From Planctomycetota bacterium (lineage in GTDB: Bacteria > Planctomycetota > UBA1135 > UBA2386): a stretch of 64,000 nt of DNA. The DNA lies in assembly GCA_965228735.1 (NCBI GenBank), contig OZ245838.1, positions 3,680,001 through 3,744,000 on the forward strand, in the 5' to 3' direction. This document shows positions 49,645-59,846 of this stretch, piece after piece (the stretch's first letter is position 1; every line of letters begins with the position of its first letter). The position numbers and the translations under genes were made by a program. Below the pieces are notes generated by a model. The model was given only the letters and a program-made list of their open reading frames with translations, did not search any database and was not told where the DNA came from.

Positions 49645-50556
49645 TCACCACGGGCGGTCGTAGTCGACCAGCCCCGACGGTTCTTCGCCGAGATAGTCGA
49701 AGCGGAGCACGCGCAGGACGCCGCGGTTGCTGCCCGTACGCAGGCCGAAGTGGCGAACGAGGCCGGTACGCTCGTCGTAGAGCAGCCACATCGAGCGCAG
49801 CCTGGAGCCGCGCGCTCCGATTTGCCGCCGCGCCTCGAGCCGCACGAGGTCGACGCCGTTCTTGCGTTCGCGGCCGACGACCTCGACCCGGAACTGCTTC
49901 GGCAGCCGCGACAGCAGCGAGTGCACGTCGACATCCACGAGGTCGAGCACGCCGTCGAGCTTCTGCCGCAGCCGACCCTGCTCGCGCAGCGGCAGCACCT
50001 GCCGCAGCTTGCCGTTGCCCGGCAGGATCCAAACCTCGTTGCCGTCGCTGCCGATCCGCAGCGGCACGCGGCGCTCGCCGCCGAACGTGAATCGGCCGTC
50101 GATGCGGAAGCGCGACCCCGGTCGCGTCACGAGCACGAAGTTGTGGTTGGCCTGCAGCTCGCCGCGCGCGACGACGCGCGTCATCACGCGGTAACGCCGA
50201 TCGACGTCGCGCCCGAGCTCGGTCACGATGCGATCGACAGCCGCTTCGGCGGTCGGCAGCTGATCCGGCAACGCGAAGAAGATCACGAACCCGGCGAGCA
50301 GCGCGGCAGCCACGCCGACGATGCCCCAGTGTCGCCGATTGCCGGCAACCTCCGCGGCATCGACGCCGGCCATGATGCGTTCGACGCGGCTCTCGCGCGC
50401 GCCGGCATCCGCCGTGTGCAGCGCCCGCAACAGACCGTGCATGGCGCGCTGCTCCGCGAGCCAGCGCGCGGCCTCCGGCGGCACGTCGGCCGGCGCCGGA
50501 CCGTCCGCGAGCGTGTCGTCGAGCGCCCGCCAATCGTCGTTGACCAGCTCGCTCAT
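49645..50556 (-). CDS. Putative anti-sigma factor (single TM, beta-rich periplasmic domain)
   Basis: TM WGIVGVAAALLAGFVIFFAL; IGSDGNEVW resembles LolA-like folds; ATGA overlap with the ECF gene. Confidence 0.65.
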   Translation of the reverse strand: MSELVNDDWRALDDTLADGPAPADVPPEAARWLAEQRAMHGLLRALHTADAGARESRVERIMAGVDAAEVAGNRRHWGIVGVAAALLAGFVIFFALPDQLPTAEAAVDRIVTELGRDVDRRYRVMTRVVARGELQANHNFVLVTRPGSRFRIDGRFTFGGERRVPLRIGSDGNEVWILPGNGKLRQVLPLREQGRLRQKLDGVLDLVDVDVHSLLSRLPKQFRVEVVGRERKNGVDLVRLEARRQIGARGSRLRSMWLLYDERTGLVRHFGLRTGSNRGVLRVLRFDYLGEEPSGLVDYDRPW

Positions 50557-51095
50557 GGCGCCTCGGCCGGGGTCGGGTCGAGTTTGTTCGACAGACAACG
50601 ATGCAGCGCCGCGCGCGCCCGCTGCAGGTGCTTCTTCACCGCTTCGAGACCGTTGCTCGTGCGCGCCGCGATCTCCTTGCAGTGCAGCCCGTGCTCGTAG
50701 TGCAGACGCACCGACTCGCGCTGCTTGCCGCTGAGCTTGCCGAGGCAGTCACGCAGCGCGTCGAGCCGTTCGTCGAAGTTGTCGCCGGGCGCGCGATCGA
50801 GCGCCGCGAACTCGCCCTCGAGGATCGCCATCACCTCGTCCCCGCAGTAGTGCACCCGGCTGCGGCCGAGCTTGCGGCGGTGGTTGAGCAGCAGCTTGGC
50901 CGCGATGCCGCGCACCCACGGCCCGAACGGCAGCTGTCGGTCGTAGCGGTCGAGGATCTTCCACGCCGTGAGGAACGTCTCCTGCACGAGGTCCTCGACG
51001 GCCACGCCGTCGCGCACGGACGCGAGCAGGAACGCGCGCACCGAGTCGATGTGCTCGCGGGCCAGGATCTCGAAGAGGTCGCGGGAATCCACCAC
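50553..51095 (-). CDS. ECF sigma factor
   Basis: VEDLVQETFLTAW, FGPWVRGIA, LRDCLGKL, HYEHGL..KEIA, VKKHLQRAR. GTG start at 51095 or 51092. Confidence 0.92.
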   Translation of the reverse strand: MVDSRDLFEILAREHIDSVRAFLLASVRDGVAVEDLVQETFLTAWKILDRYDRQLPFGPWVRGIAAKLLLNHRRKLGRSRVHYCGDEVMAILEGEFAALDRAPGDNFDERLDALRDCLGKLSGKQRESVRLHYEHGLHCKEIAARTSNGLEAVKKHLQRARAALHRCLSNKLDPTPAEAP

Positions 51096-51184
51096 GGCAC
51101 CATTGTCGCCGGCCCGCGGCGCGGGGACAGCCAACCGCGGATTTCCGCGCCCCGATTTCGGCGCTATCCGTTGCCGAATCGCCG

Positions 51185-52285
51185 ATGCGGCCGAGGATTC
51201 CGGTGATGCGCGTCGCGGCCTACGTCTACACCGGCTGGCACCCGATCGCGGAGCGCGACGCCGCATTCCACCCCGGGTTCACCGAGTGGGAGCTGGTGCG
51301 CGACTGCCGGCCGCGGTTCGCTGGCCACCGCCAACCGCGGGTGCCGGCACTCGGCGAGTACGACGACCGCGACCCCGTCGCGTTCGGGCAACGGATCGGC
51401 CTCGCCCGCGACCACGGGATCGACGCACTCGTGTTCGGCGTGTTCTGGTGCCGCGGCAAGCGCGTGTTCGAGGCCGGGCTCGACCAGGGCTTTCTCACCG
51501 GCCCGCACCGCGACATGCCCTTTGCCTGCATGTGGGCCAATCGCCTGCCGCGGCGCGTGCTGCCCGTGCGGCGCACCGATGCGGCAGTGATCGGCGACGA
51601 TCGGCGCGTGCCGAGCGACGTCGACGACTTCGTGCAGTTCGTCGCGATGCTCGCGGAGAACTACTTCGTGCGGCCCAACTACCTGACCGTCGAGGGCCGC
51701 AGCTACCTGTCGATCTTCGACTCGACGTTCTTCGCGCAGGAGCTCGGCCACGACCACGCGCGCGCCGCGATCGCGGCTGCGCGCACCTGGCTGCGCGAGC
51801 ACGGCCACCCCGATCTGCATCTCGCGGCGATCGAACCCAACGCCGACGTGTTGCCGATCGTGCGCGACCTCGGCTTCGACAGCGTGACGCATTACGTCTT
51901 CCTGCCCGATTGGAAGGGGCCGTTCGAGCAGGACTACACGGAGTACGCGCGGCTGCGGGCGGGCCAGTGGCAGGGCCAGGCCGATCGTTCCGGATTGCCG
52001 TATATGCCTGCCGTGACAACGGGTTGGGACGCCTCGCCGCGCGGCGCCGACTTCGGCCCGGCGCGCCCCGACAAATATCCGTGGGCGCCGGTCGTAACGG
52101 GGGAGCATCCCGAGTCGTTCGGGGCCGCCTTGGAGCGTGCGATCGCGTTCCGATCGCCGGTGGGAGTCGAGGACCCGCTCGTGCTCGTCGCGTCACTCAA
52201 CGAGTGGAGCGAAGGGCACTACCTCGAACCCGACGAGCGGTTCGGGACCGGCTGGCTCGAGGCCGTCCGAGCGGCGCGACGTTGA
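51185..52285 (+). CDS. GH99-like / WbsX-family glycoside hydrolase or glycosyltransferase-associated protein
   Basis: AAYVYTGWH, FTEWELV, P.LGEYD, LARDHGID, FACMWAN, GWDASPR, SLNEWSEGHYLEPD. Start may be 51206. Confidence 0.85.
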   Translation: MRPRIPVMRVAAYVYTGWHPIAERDAAFHPGFTEWELVRDCRPRFAGHRQPRVPALGEYDDRDPVAFGQRIGLARDHGIDALVFGVFWCRGKRVFEAGLDQGFLTGPHRDMPFACMWANRLPRRVLPVRRTDAAVIGDDRRVPSDVDDFVQFVAMLAENYFVRPNYLTVEGRSYLSIFDSTFFAQELGHDHARAAIAAARTWLREHGHPDLHLAAIEPNADVLPIVRDLGFDSVTHYVFLPDWKGPFEQDYTEYARLRAGQWQGQADRSGLPYMPAVTTGWDASPRGADFGPARPDKYPWAPVVTGEHPESFGAALERAIAFRSPVGVEDPLVLVASLNEWSEGHYLEPDERFGTGWLEAVRAARR

Positions 52286-52319
52286 CCCGCATCCGACCAA
52301 CCACCATCCTCCACGCCCC

Positions 52320-52886
52320 GTGCTCACGTTCCTTGCCGATATCGACATCGATGGCAGCATCGGTGGCAGTCTGCTCTTTGCGATCATCTGCGCCGTGATC
52401 GCGCCGGGCCGCGGGCGCAGCGCGCTCGCCTGGTTCTTCATCGGCCTGTTCCTGAGCTGCATCGGCCTGATCATCCTGCTGCTGATCCCGGACCTGAAGG
52501 AACAGGAGGCGCGCGAACGGTCGCGCGGCAAGAGCGTCAGACGACTGAAGGAGCAGCTGAAGAAGGAGCGTCAGGTCGCCGATCAGCGCCACGCTGCGCA
52601 CGCGGAACGACTCGACGCGCACGACCGCGCACTCGGCATCGATACGCGACCGGAACTCACCCACGAGGAGACCGCCGCGATCGACGCGCCACCGGCGTTC
52701 CCACCCCCGCCGCCGGACCCGGCCGAACGCATGTGGTTCTTCGCGGCGAACGAGAAGCAGCTCGGCCCGGTCTCGGAGTCCCAGCTCAAGGAACTGCACC
52801 GCGGCGGCCAGATCACCGACGACACCCTCGTCTGGAGCGAAGGCATGGCCGACTGGGAACCGTTCGCCGACACCCCCGAACTCTGA
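52320..52886 (+). CDS. Membrane protein with C-terminal GYF_2 (DUF4339) domain
   Basis: Two TM helices, coiled coil, then WFFAANEKQLGPVS...L...G.I..DTLVWSEGMADW. Confidence 0.85.
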   Translation: MLTFLADIDIDGSIGGSLLFAIICAVIAPGRGRSALAWFFIGLFLSCIGLIILLLIPDLKEQEARERSRGKSVRRLKEQLKKERQVADQRHAAHAERLDAHDRALGIDTRPELTHEETAAIDAPPAFPPPPPDPAERMWFFAANEKQLGPVSESQLKELHRGGQITDDTLVWSEGMADWEPFADTPEL

Positions 52887-52938
52887 CGGCCGTACGGTAC
52901 CTGGTTCATCCTGCCGGTTTCGCCGGCATCGCCACTGA

Positions 52939-53328
52939 CTACCGGGAACTCGATGTGCTGGCGGAGATGTCGTCGGCCGTTCCGAGTTCGGTGTCCGGGC
53001 CGGCACTTGTCACGGTGAACGTCAATGGCGTTCCGGCGGCACTCAATCGGTAGGCCTGGCCCCAGGGGTCCGAGCGCCCCGGCGCAACGAGGTACTGCGA
53101 CCAACGTCCCAGCGGCGGATCAACCAGCAACGCAAGCGTCGGTATGAGGCCGGTCTCGCGGTGGAAGAACACCGCGGCTTGGGAGTAAATCTGGCACCAA
53201 ATCTCGGCGGTCAGGCCCCGAGACGGCACCCTGCTGATCCCGGTACGACTCAGGTCTGCGAGCAGTACGATCGCAATGACTGCCAGCATGACCCCACCAA
53301 GCCAGGCACCCGAGCGCGACGGCTGCAC
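52939..53328 (-). CDS. Divergent GspG-like pseudopilin
   Basis: C-terminal DPWGQAY...TVTSAGPD.ELGTADDI. The N-terminal hydrophobic helix lacks the canonical G|FTLxE. Start uncertain (GTG 53328 or ATG 53289). Confidence 0.6.
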   Translation of the reverse strand: MQPSRSGAWLGGVMLAVIAIVLLADLSRTGISRVPSRGLTAEIWCQIYSQAAVFFHRETGLIPTLALLVDPPLGRWSQYLVAPGRSDPWGQAYRLSAAGTPLTFTVTSAGPDTELGTADDISASTSSSR

Positions 53329-53347
53329 TACACCATCCTGCCGACCA

Positions 53348-53749
53348 TCAGCCGTTGCTGTGACGCGACGACACGTCGTCCTCGTCACCCGCGGAGCGGT
53401 TGCGACCGAGGCTCTTCACCTCGAAGTCCGGCGGCATGCCGTCGGCGAGGATGATGTAGTCGCCGCCCCACGGGTCCTTCGGGATCTGCTCGAGGTAGGA
53501 GAAGCCGTTCCTGCGCTCGGTCAGCTCCTGCAGCTCCGGCACACGACCGCGGTCGATGAAGAACATGCGCGCTGCGCCGACGATCGTCGAGCAGTCCATG
53601 CGCGCCTTCTCGAGCTTCGCGCGCTCGCTGCTCTGCATCACGTTGGGCACGATCAGCGCCGCGAGCAGGCCGAGGATCAGCACCACGACCATGACTTCGA
53701 TCAGGGTGAACCCGCCGCTACGGCGGGCCGCGGAATGAAGTGTCGTCAT
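53348..53749 (-). CDS. gspG: Type II secretion major pseudopilin GspG
   Basis: G|FTLIEVMVVVLILGLLAALIVPN prepilin motif; IPKDPWGGDY; SLG...GDEDDV. Confidence 0.88.
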   Translation of the reverse strand: MTTLHSAARRSGGFTLIEVMVVVLILGLLAALIVPNVMQSSERAKLEKARMDCSTIVGAARMFFIDRGRVPELQELTERRNGFSYLEQIPKDPWGGDYIILADGMPPDFEVKSLGRNRSAGDEDDVSSRHSNG

Positions 53750-53817
53750 CGCCGGAATCCGACGGTGACGGCGGCCCCGGTATTCCCGAACGGAGCGGCC
53801 GAACTCAGCAACGCAAT

Positions 53818-55542
53818 TCAGCGACCCAGCGCGGCGAGCACCTTCGCCTTCACGTCGGTCGCCGCGCAGTCGCTCTTCTCCATGCCCTTGCGCACGAGGA
53901 ACTCGACCTGCCCCTCGCCCGCCTTGCGGCCGACGAAGACCTGCAGCGGCAGCCCCATGAGCTCGTGGTCCTTGAACTTGGCGCCCGGGCTCATCTTGCG
54001 ATCGTCAAGGCACACCTCGACGCCAGCGGCTTCGAGTTCGTTGTAGAGCTTCTCCGCAAGTTCCTGCTGCTCCGCGCGCTTGGAATCGAGCATCGCGACG
54101 ACGCATTCAAAGGGCGCGATCGGCACGGGCCAGACCATGCCTTTGTCGTCGAAGTGCTGCTCCACGGCCGACGCGGGCGTGCGCGACACGCCGATGCCGT
54201 AGCACCCCATGACGAACGGCGCCGGCTTGCCGCCCTGGTCCATGAACGTCGCGCCCATGGCCGAGCTGTACTTCGTGCCGAGCTTGAAGATGTGCCCGAC
54301 CTCGATGCCGCGGGCCTCTTCGAGCGGCTTGCCCGACACCGGGCAACCCTCGCCGGCGCGCGCGAGACGCAGATCGTGGAACTCGGGCTTGCTGCAATCG
54401 CGCCCGAGGTTGACGTCGAGGCAGTGATAGCCGGTCTCGTTGCAGCCGGTCAGCAGGTTGGTTCGACCCTCGAGCGAGACGTCGGCGAGCAGCCGAACGT
54501 CCTCGGGCAGGTTCACCGGCCCGGCAAAGCCCGTCTCCGCGCCCGTCGCGGCCTTGATCTCGTCGTCCGTAGCGAGCCGCACGCTCAGCGCGTCGAGCAC
54601 GTTCACGAGCTTGACCTCGTTGATCTCGAGATCACCGCGCATCATCACGGCGACCGTCTTCTCCTCGTCCTTCCACGTGGCGCGATAGAGCACGGTCTTG
54701 GCCATGCGCCCCGGGACCCAGCCGTCGAAGAACTCCTCGAGCTGGGCGACCGTCTTCACGCCCGGCGTCTCGTGCTTGCTCATGTCACGCACGTCACCGC
54801 CGGCCGGCGCGTCGGGCAGCTGGCTCGTCGCCTTCTCGACGTTGGCCGCGTAGCCGCTGTCCTTGCAGAACAGGATCGCGTCCTCGCCCGTGTCGGCGAT
54901 GACCATGAACTCCTCGCTGCCAGCACCGCCGATCGCGCCCGAGTCGGCCTGCACGATCGTGTAGTCGAGCCCGCAGCGCTCGAAGATGCGGCAGTAGGCG
55001 TTGCGCATCTTCTGATACGCGACGTCGAGTGCTGTGTCGTCCACGTCGAACGAGTACGCGTCCATCATGATGAACTCGCGCCCGCGCATCAGCCCGAAGC
55101 GCGGCCGGATCTCGTCGCGGAACTTGTCCTGGATCTGGTAGCAGTTGACGGGCAGCTGCTTGTAGCTGTTGACCTGCGCCGACACGAACGTGGTCATGAC
55201 CTCCTCGTGCGTCGGGCCGAGGCACATCTCGGTGCCCTTGCGGTCCTGCAGCGAGAACATGATCCCGTCGGTCACGTAGCGGTCCCAGCGACCGCTGCTC
55301 TGCCACAGTTCGGCCGGCTGGATGATCGGCAGCATCACCTCGTTGGCCCCTTCGCGGTCGAGTTCCTCCCGCACGATCTGCGCGAACTTCTGCACGACGC
55401 GCCACATCAGCGGCGAGTAGACGTAGACGCCCGCGGCGATCTTCACGATGAAGCCGGCGCGCGCGAGCAGCTTGTGGCTCGGGATCTCCGCGTCGGCGGG
55501 ATCGTCACGCAGGGTCGAGATCAGGATCTGGCTGAGGCGCAT
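53818..55542 (-). CDS. proS: Prolyl-tRNA synthetase (bacterial type with editing domain)
   Basis: DAEIPSHKLLARAG, LGPTHEE, KFRDEIRPRFGLMRGREF, DSGAIGG..SEEF, GIEVGHIFKLG.KYS, MGCYGIGVSR. Confidence 0.98.
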   Translation of the reverse strand: MRLSQILISTLRDDPADAEIPSHKLLARAGFIVKIAAGVYVYSPLMWRVVQKFAQIVREELDREGANEVMLPIIQPAELWQSSGRWDRYVTDGIMFSLQDRKGTEMCLGPTHEEVMTTFVSAQVNSYKQLPVNCYQIQDKFRDEIRPRFGLMRGREFIMMDAYSFDVDDTALDVAYQKMRNAYCRIFERCGLDYTIVQADSGAIGGAGSEEFMVIADTGEDAILFCKDSGYAANVEKATSQLPDAPAGGDVRDMSKHETPGVKTVAQLEEFFDGWVPGRMAKTVLYRATWKDEEKTVAVMMRGDLEINEVKLVNVLDALSVRLATDDEIKAATGAETGFAGPVNLPEDVRLLADVSLEGRTNLLTGCNETGYHCLDVNLGRDCSKPEFHDLRLARAGEGCPVSGKPLEEARGIEVGHIFKLGTKYSSAMGATFMDQGGKPAPFVMGCYGIGVSRTPASAVEQHFDDKGMVWPVPIAPFECVVAMLDSKRAEQQELAEKLYNELEAAGVEVCLDDRKMSPGAKFKDHELMGLPLQVFVGRKAGEGQVEFLVRKGMEKSDCAATDVKAKVLAALGR

Positions 55543-55579
55543 TGGGCGGAGGACTCTACCGATGGCCGCGACACAGAGG

Positions 55580-55652
55580 AATCTCCCAGCCGATCTCGCC
55601 GCCGATCTCGCAGCGAATCTCGCAGCGGGTCTCGCAATCGGGTCTCGCAATT
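55580..55652. repeat. Six degenerate ~12-bp tandem direct repeats (core TCTCGCA)
   Basis: aatctcccagcc gatctcgccgcc gatctcgcagcg aatctcgcagcg ggtctcgcaatc g ggtctcgcaatt, in the divergent proS/VWA intergenic region. Confidence 0.8.
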
Positions 55653-55731
55653 TGGGAACCGGGCCCGGGCGCTCGCGTCGAAGCCCGGCACGCCTTTCCC
55701 GCAGCCGTCCCGCGCCCGGCACCAACGACCA

Positions 55732-57345
55732 ATGCGCCAATCCGCTTCGACCATTCTGCTCCTCGCCGCCGCCGTCAGCGCGGCCGCCTGCGGCACTTCC
55801 AAGAACGAACCCATCGATCTCACCGAGCCCGCGCGGCACCGCCCCGAACGGCAGAGCCTGCTGCGCGAGCGCGACGAGATCGCCGGGCGGCCCATCGTCG
55901 TCCGGGACCAAAACGGCTGGAGCCAGCGCCTCGTCGCGGGCAGTGGCGGCGCGCGCGCAGGCGAACCATCGCGGCTCGCGAAACTGCACGCGCGCGGCCC
56001 GGGCAGCGCCGGCCCGGCGACCGGCGGACCCGGCGCCGGGGCCGGCGCGCACGACTTCTACCTCGACGGCGCCAAATCTGCCGGCCCGACGACGGGCGGC
56101 CCCGCGGGCCCGGGTGCCGGCGGACCGATGACCCCGGGCGCTGGCAGCCCCACCGCCCGACCGGTCGCCGACCCGGCCAGTCCGGCCGGCTCACCGGTCG
56201 CGACGTTCGGCGCGATTGCGGAAGGCGGCGAAGCCGCACCGGAGGCGAGGCTCGAGGCCCCCCGTGACAACGCGACCGTCGCACCGCTCGCGGCGGGCTC
56301 GACCGACGACAACGTCGAGTTCAGCGACTTCCTCGAGTTCCTCGAAGACGCGCGCAAGAACGCGGGACTGAAGAACCGCTTCGTCGACCTCGACGTCGCG
56401 GGCCGCTGCAGCATTCGCGTCGTCGACCGCGACGGCACGTGCGTGCCGGGTCGCCGCGTCACGGTCGTCAACGAGACGGGCGACAAGATCATCTGGCGCG
56501 GCACGACGCAGGGCGACGGCCGCGTGCCGTTCTACCCCGCCGTGGCCGGCAGCGGTGACGATCTGCTCATCGTCGAGGTCGCGGACGCGACCGGCACGCG
56601 CATGGTGCGCCACGCTTGGGACGGCGCGGCCGACACGGTCGTGCGCCTGCCCGAAGAACGCACAGCGCTCGAGCCGCTGCAGCTCGACGTCGCGTTCGTC
56701 ATCGACACGACCGGCTCGATGCGCGACGAGATCGCGGCCATCAAGGCGACGCTGCTGTCGACGACCGCGCGACTGCGGGCGCTGGGCCGCGAGTTCGACC
56801 TGCGCTACGGCGCGGTGCTCTACCGTGACATCGGCGACGAGTACGTGACCGCGCAGCACCCGTTCACGGGTGACATCGAGGCGTTCGACGAAGTGCTGAA
56901 GAGCGTCACGGCGAACGGCGGTGGCGACGGCCCGGAGTCGCTCAATCAGGGCCTCGCGGTCGCGGTCGACGGACTCGAGTGGCGCGCGGGCGCGGCCAAG
57001 GTCGCGTTCCTCATCGCCGACGCGCCGCCGCACCTGGACTACGAGAACGACGTGCCCTACGGCGACAGCCTGCAGGCGGCCGTCGCGCGCGGCATCCGCA
57101 CGCACACGGTCGCGGCGAGCGGCCTCGACGACGCGGGCAGCGTCGTGATGCGGCAGATCGCGCAGTTCACGCGCGGCGAGTTCGTGTTCATCGAGTACGG
57201 CGGCAGCGTGCAGAAGTCCGCTGCGGCCCACGGCGTGAACAAGGCGACGGGCAACAACCTCGACGACATCCTCTACACGCGGATCCGCGACGAGATCGCG
57301 CACTGGGGTCGCCCCGACGCGGCGCTCGTCGCCGCCGGCAGGTAG
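55732..57345 (+). CDS. von Willebrand factor A domain lipoprotein
   Basis: AAAC lipobox; Gly/Pro-rich linker; LDVAFVIDTTGSM (MIDAS), YRD.GD.Y, GGGDGPES, LIADAPPH. Confidence 0.9.
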   Translation: MRQSASTILLLAAAVSAAACGTSKNEPIDLTEPARHRPERQSLLRERDEIAGRPIVVRDQNGWSQRLVAGSGGARAGEPSRLAKLHARGPGSAGPATGGPGAGAGAHDFYLDGAKSAGPTTGGPAGPGAGGPMTPGAGSPTARPVADPASPAGSPVATFGAIAEGGEAAPEARLEAPRDNATVAPLAAGSTDDNVEFSDFLEFLEDARKNAGLKNRFVDLDVAGRCSIRVVDRDGTCVPGRRVTVVNETGDKIIWRGTTQGDGRVPFYPAVAGSGDDLLIVEVADATGTRMVRHAWDGAADTVVRLPEERTALEPLQLDVAFVIDTTGSMRDEIAAIKATLLSTTARLRALGREFDLRYGAVLYRDIGDEYVTAQHPFTGDIEAFDEVLKSVTANGGGDGPESLNQGLAVAVDGLEWRAGAAKVAFLIADAPPHLDYENDVPYGDSLQAAVARGIRTHTVAASGLDDAGSVVMRQIAQFTRGEFVFIEYGGSVQKSAAAHGVNKATGNNLDDILYTRIRDEIAHWGRPDAALVAAGR

Positions 57346-57695
57346 CGACGCCGCGGGTCGAACCGAGCGTCAGCGGCCTTTGTGTTGATCGCGACCCAGG
57401 CCTCGACCGTGAGGTGGCGCTTCGGCAGCTTCGGCTTGGACTGCTTGAAGTCGTCGGCGAGCACGACGCGCGTCGTCTTGCCGTCGAACCACAGCGACGA
57501 TCCCGACGGGCCCTTCACGAACTCCAGCTTGCCGGTGACGCGACCGTCGACACCGAGCAGCGACACGAGCTTGCCGTCCTTCACGAACTTCTCGCCGAGC
57601 CGCCAGCTGCCGATCGGGTCGGGGCCGTCGTGCGGCGTCGCCGACGCGAAGAACGGGGCGATCACGAGTGCCAGAAGGGCGAGGACGTGCTTCAT
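57273..57695 (-). pseudogene. Truncated secreted LamG/concanavalin-like protein (probable gene remnant)
   Basis: Signal peptide then SLWFDG...LTVEAWV, the start of a LamG-like jelly roll. Resemblance stops near 57375 and the frame runs on into the antisense of the VWA gene. Confidence 0.5.
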
Positions 57696-57721
57696 CGCCG
57701 CAGTCTAGGCATGATGCAGCG

Positions 57722-59188
57722 ATGCGCCGCATCGCCTTCCTCGTCGCAGCGACCTTTGCCGCACCCTTCACGCTGCCCGCCCAGGATCGCCTGCCCAACG
57801 TCGTCGTCATCTTCATCGACGACCTCGGCTACGCCGACATCGGGCCGTTCGGCGCGGACATCCCGACGCCGCACCTCGACCGCATGGCCGCGCAGGGCAT
57901 GCGATTCACCGACTTCTCCGTGCCGACCGCGGTGTGCTCCGCCTCGCGTGCGTCGCTGCTCACCGGCTGCTACAACCGGCGCCTCGGGATCTCCGGCGCC
58001 TACGGCCCGCGCAGCAAGCGCGGCATCAACCCCGACGAGGTCACGCTCGCGGAGCTCTGCAAGCAGAAGGACTACCGGACCGCGTGCTTCGGCAAGTGGC
58101 ACCTCGGCCATCATCCGAAGTTCCTGCCGCTGCAGCACGGGTTCGACGAGTACTACGGCCTGCCCTACAGCAACGACATGTGGCCGCTGCACCCGGCCTA
58201 CGCGCACCTGCCGACGGCGGCGGAGAAGCGCAAGAAGGGTTACCCCGACCTGCCGCTCATCGACGGCAACGCGGTCGTCGATCGCGAGGTCACCGGCGAG
58301 GAACAGGCGCAGCTCACGACGCAATACACCGAGCGCGCCGTCGACTTCATCGCGCGCAACAAGGACAACCCGTTCTTCCTCTACGTCCCGCACAGCATGG
58401 TGCACGTGCCGTTGTTCGTCAGCGACAAGTTCGAGGGCAAGAGCGGACACGGCCTGTTCGGCGACGTCGTCATGGAGGTCGACTGGTCGGCCGGTCAGAT
58501 CCTCGCCGAGCTCGAGGAACACGACCTGCAGAAGGACACGCTCGTCGTGTTCACGGGCGACAACGGTCCGTGGCTCAGCTACGGCAACCACGCGGGCTCG
58601 ACCGGCGGCTTCCGCGAGGGCAAGGGCACGATGTTCGAGGGCGGCATCCGCGAACCGACCGTCATGTGGTGGCCGGGCCGCATCCCGGCCGGCACGACGT
58701 GCGACGAGTTCGCCTCGACGATCGATCTGCTGCCGACGGTCGCCGCGTTGATCGGCGCGGAGCTGCCCGACCACAAGATCGACGGTCTCGACATCCGCCC
58801 GCTGATGTTCGGCGAGGACGGCGCGCAGTCGCCACACCAGGAGTTCTACGGCTACTACGCCGGCGGCCAGCTGCAGTCCGTGCGCGACCGCCGCTGGAAG
58901 CTGCACCTGCCGCACGGCTATCGCACGCTGAACGGTCGGGAAGGCGGCAAGGACGGCTCGCCCGTGAACTACGAGCAGGGCAAGATCGGCCTCGAGCTGT
59001 TCGACCTGAAGAACGACCCGGCCGAGACGACGGACCTCTCGGCCGAACGACCGGAGATCATGAAGCGCCTCCTCGCCGCGGCCGAACGCGCGCGCACGGA
59101 GCTCGGCGATCGCCTCACGAAGCGCAAGGGCAAGGGCGTCCGCCCCGTCGGCAAGCTCGAGCCCGGCGATGCCGAGTTGAAGTGGTAG
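57722..59188 (+). CDS. Secreted sulfatase (arylsulfatase A-like)
   Basis: [55 protein letters not shown]. Confidence 0.95.
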   Translation: MRRIAFLVAATFAAPFTLPAQDRLPNVVVIFIDDLGYADIGPFGADIPTPHLDRMAAQGMRFTDFSVPTAVCSASRASLLTGCYNRRLGISGAYGPRSKRGINPDEVTLAELCKQKDYRTACFGKWHLGHHPKFLPLQHGFDEYYGLPYSNDMWPLHPAYAHLPTAAEKRKKGYPDLPLIDGNAVVDREVTGEEQAQLTTQYTERAVDFIARNKDNPFFLYVPHSMVHVPLFVSDKFEGKSGHGLFGDVVMEVDWSAGQILAELEEHDLQKDTLVVFTGDNGPWLSYGNHAGSTGGFREGKGTMFEGGIREPTVMWWPGRIPAGTTCDEFASTIDLLPTVAALIGAELPDHKIDGLDIRPLMFGEDGAQSPHQEFYGYYAGGQLQSVRDRRWKLHLPHGYRTLNGREGGKDGSPVNYEQGKIGLELFDLKNDPAETTDLSAERPEIMKRLLAAAERARTELGDRLTKRKGKGVRPVGKLEPGDAELKW

Positions 59189-59817
59189 AGCGGCCGACGA
59201 TCGACCTCGATCCGGGGCATGGCCTGCTCGACGTCGCGCCGCCGCGGCGGCACACGCTCGGGCGCTGGTTGCAGCTCGCGCACACGAGCGGGATCGGCGC
59301 AGTCGCGCTGGCGCTGGTCGTTGTCGGTGCGGTGCTCGGCGGGATCCTCGTCATCGGCCAGCTCGCGGGCGCCGAGATGAAGGGGCTCGAACGCTACGGC
59401 GCCGCTGGATTCTACATCGCGTGTGCGACGGCGATCGCGGCCGGCTGCGGCTGCTACGCCCTGTTCTCGTGGCGGCGCCGCGAACACTTCCGCTTGTTCC
59501 GGCATGGCGCGGCCACGGTCGGCCAGGTCGCCGCGATCGAGGTGCTGTCGCGTTCGGCGTGGTGGCGGCGTTGGCGCTTCCACCACGACCTCGCGCCGAA
59601 TCCGACGCGCGGGCGCTTCGCGGTGCGCTACCGCTATCGGGTCGGCGACCGGACGTTCGAAGCCGAGGATCGCGTCGACTCGCGCCATGGCGCGCGCGCG
59701 CTCGCCACGCTGCCCGAACCGCGGCGCGGCGATCGGCTCACCGTGCTGTTCGATTCGAACAAGCCGGAGCGGAGCGTGCTGGCCCTCGCGATCGGGGAGG
59801 GTCTCGTCGATCCGTAG
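59182..59817 (+). CDS. Membrane protein, DUF3592-like
   Basis: Two TM helices then G..T.GQV...[13 protein letters not shown]...[19 protein letters not shown] start overlaps the sulfatase stop. Confidence 0.65.
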   Translation: MVERPTIDLDPGHGLLDVAPPRRHTLGRWLQLAHTSGIGAVALALVVVGAVLGGILVIGQLAGAEMKGLERYGAAGFYIACATAIAAGCGCYALFSWRRREHFRLFRHGAATVGQVAAIEVLSRSAWWRRWRFHHDLAPNPTRGRFAVRYRYRVGDRTFEAEDRVDSRHGARALATLPEPRRGDRLTVLFDSNKPERSVLALAIGEGLVDP

Positions 59818-59846
59818 CGATCGGGGAGTGGCCAGGCGTCGGCCGC

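Noticed and set aside
55580..55652. Possible CRISPR array
   Set aside because: Units are only 12 bp with no spacers and no cas genes.
53740..55731. Long N-terminal extension of the VWA ORF (1201 aa in track)
   Set aside because: It is the antisense of proS; the real gene starts at ATG 55732 with a lipoprotein signal.
57722..59188. Sulfatase CSASR instead of CxPxR as a novelty
   Set aside because: CxAxR is a known variant of the formylglycine motif.
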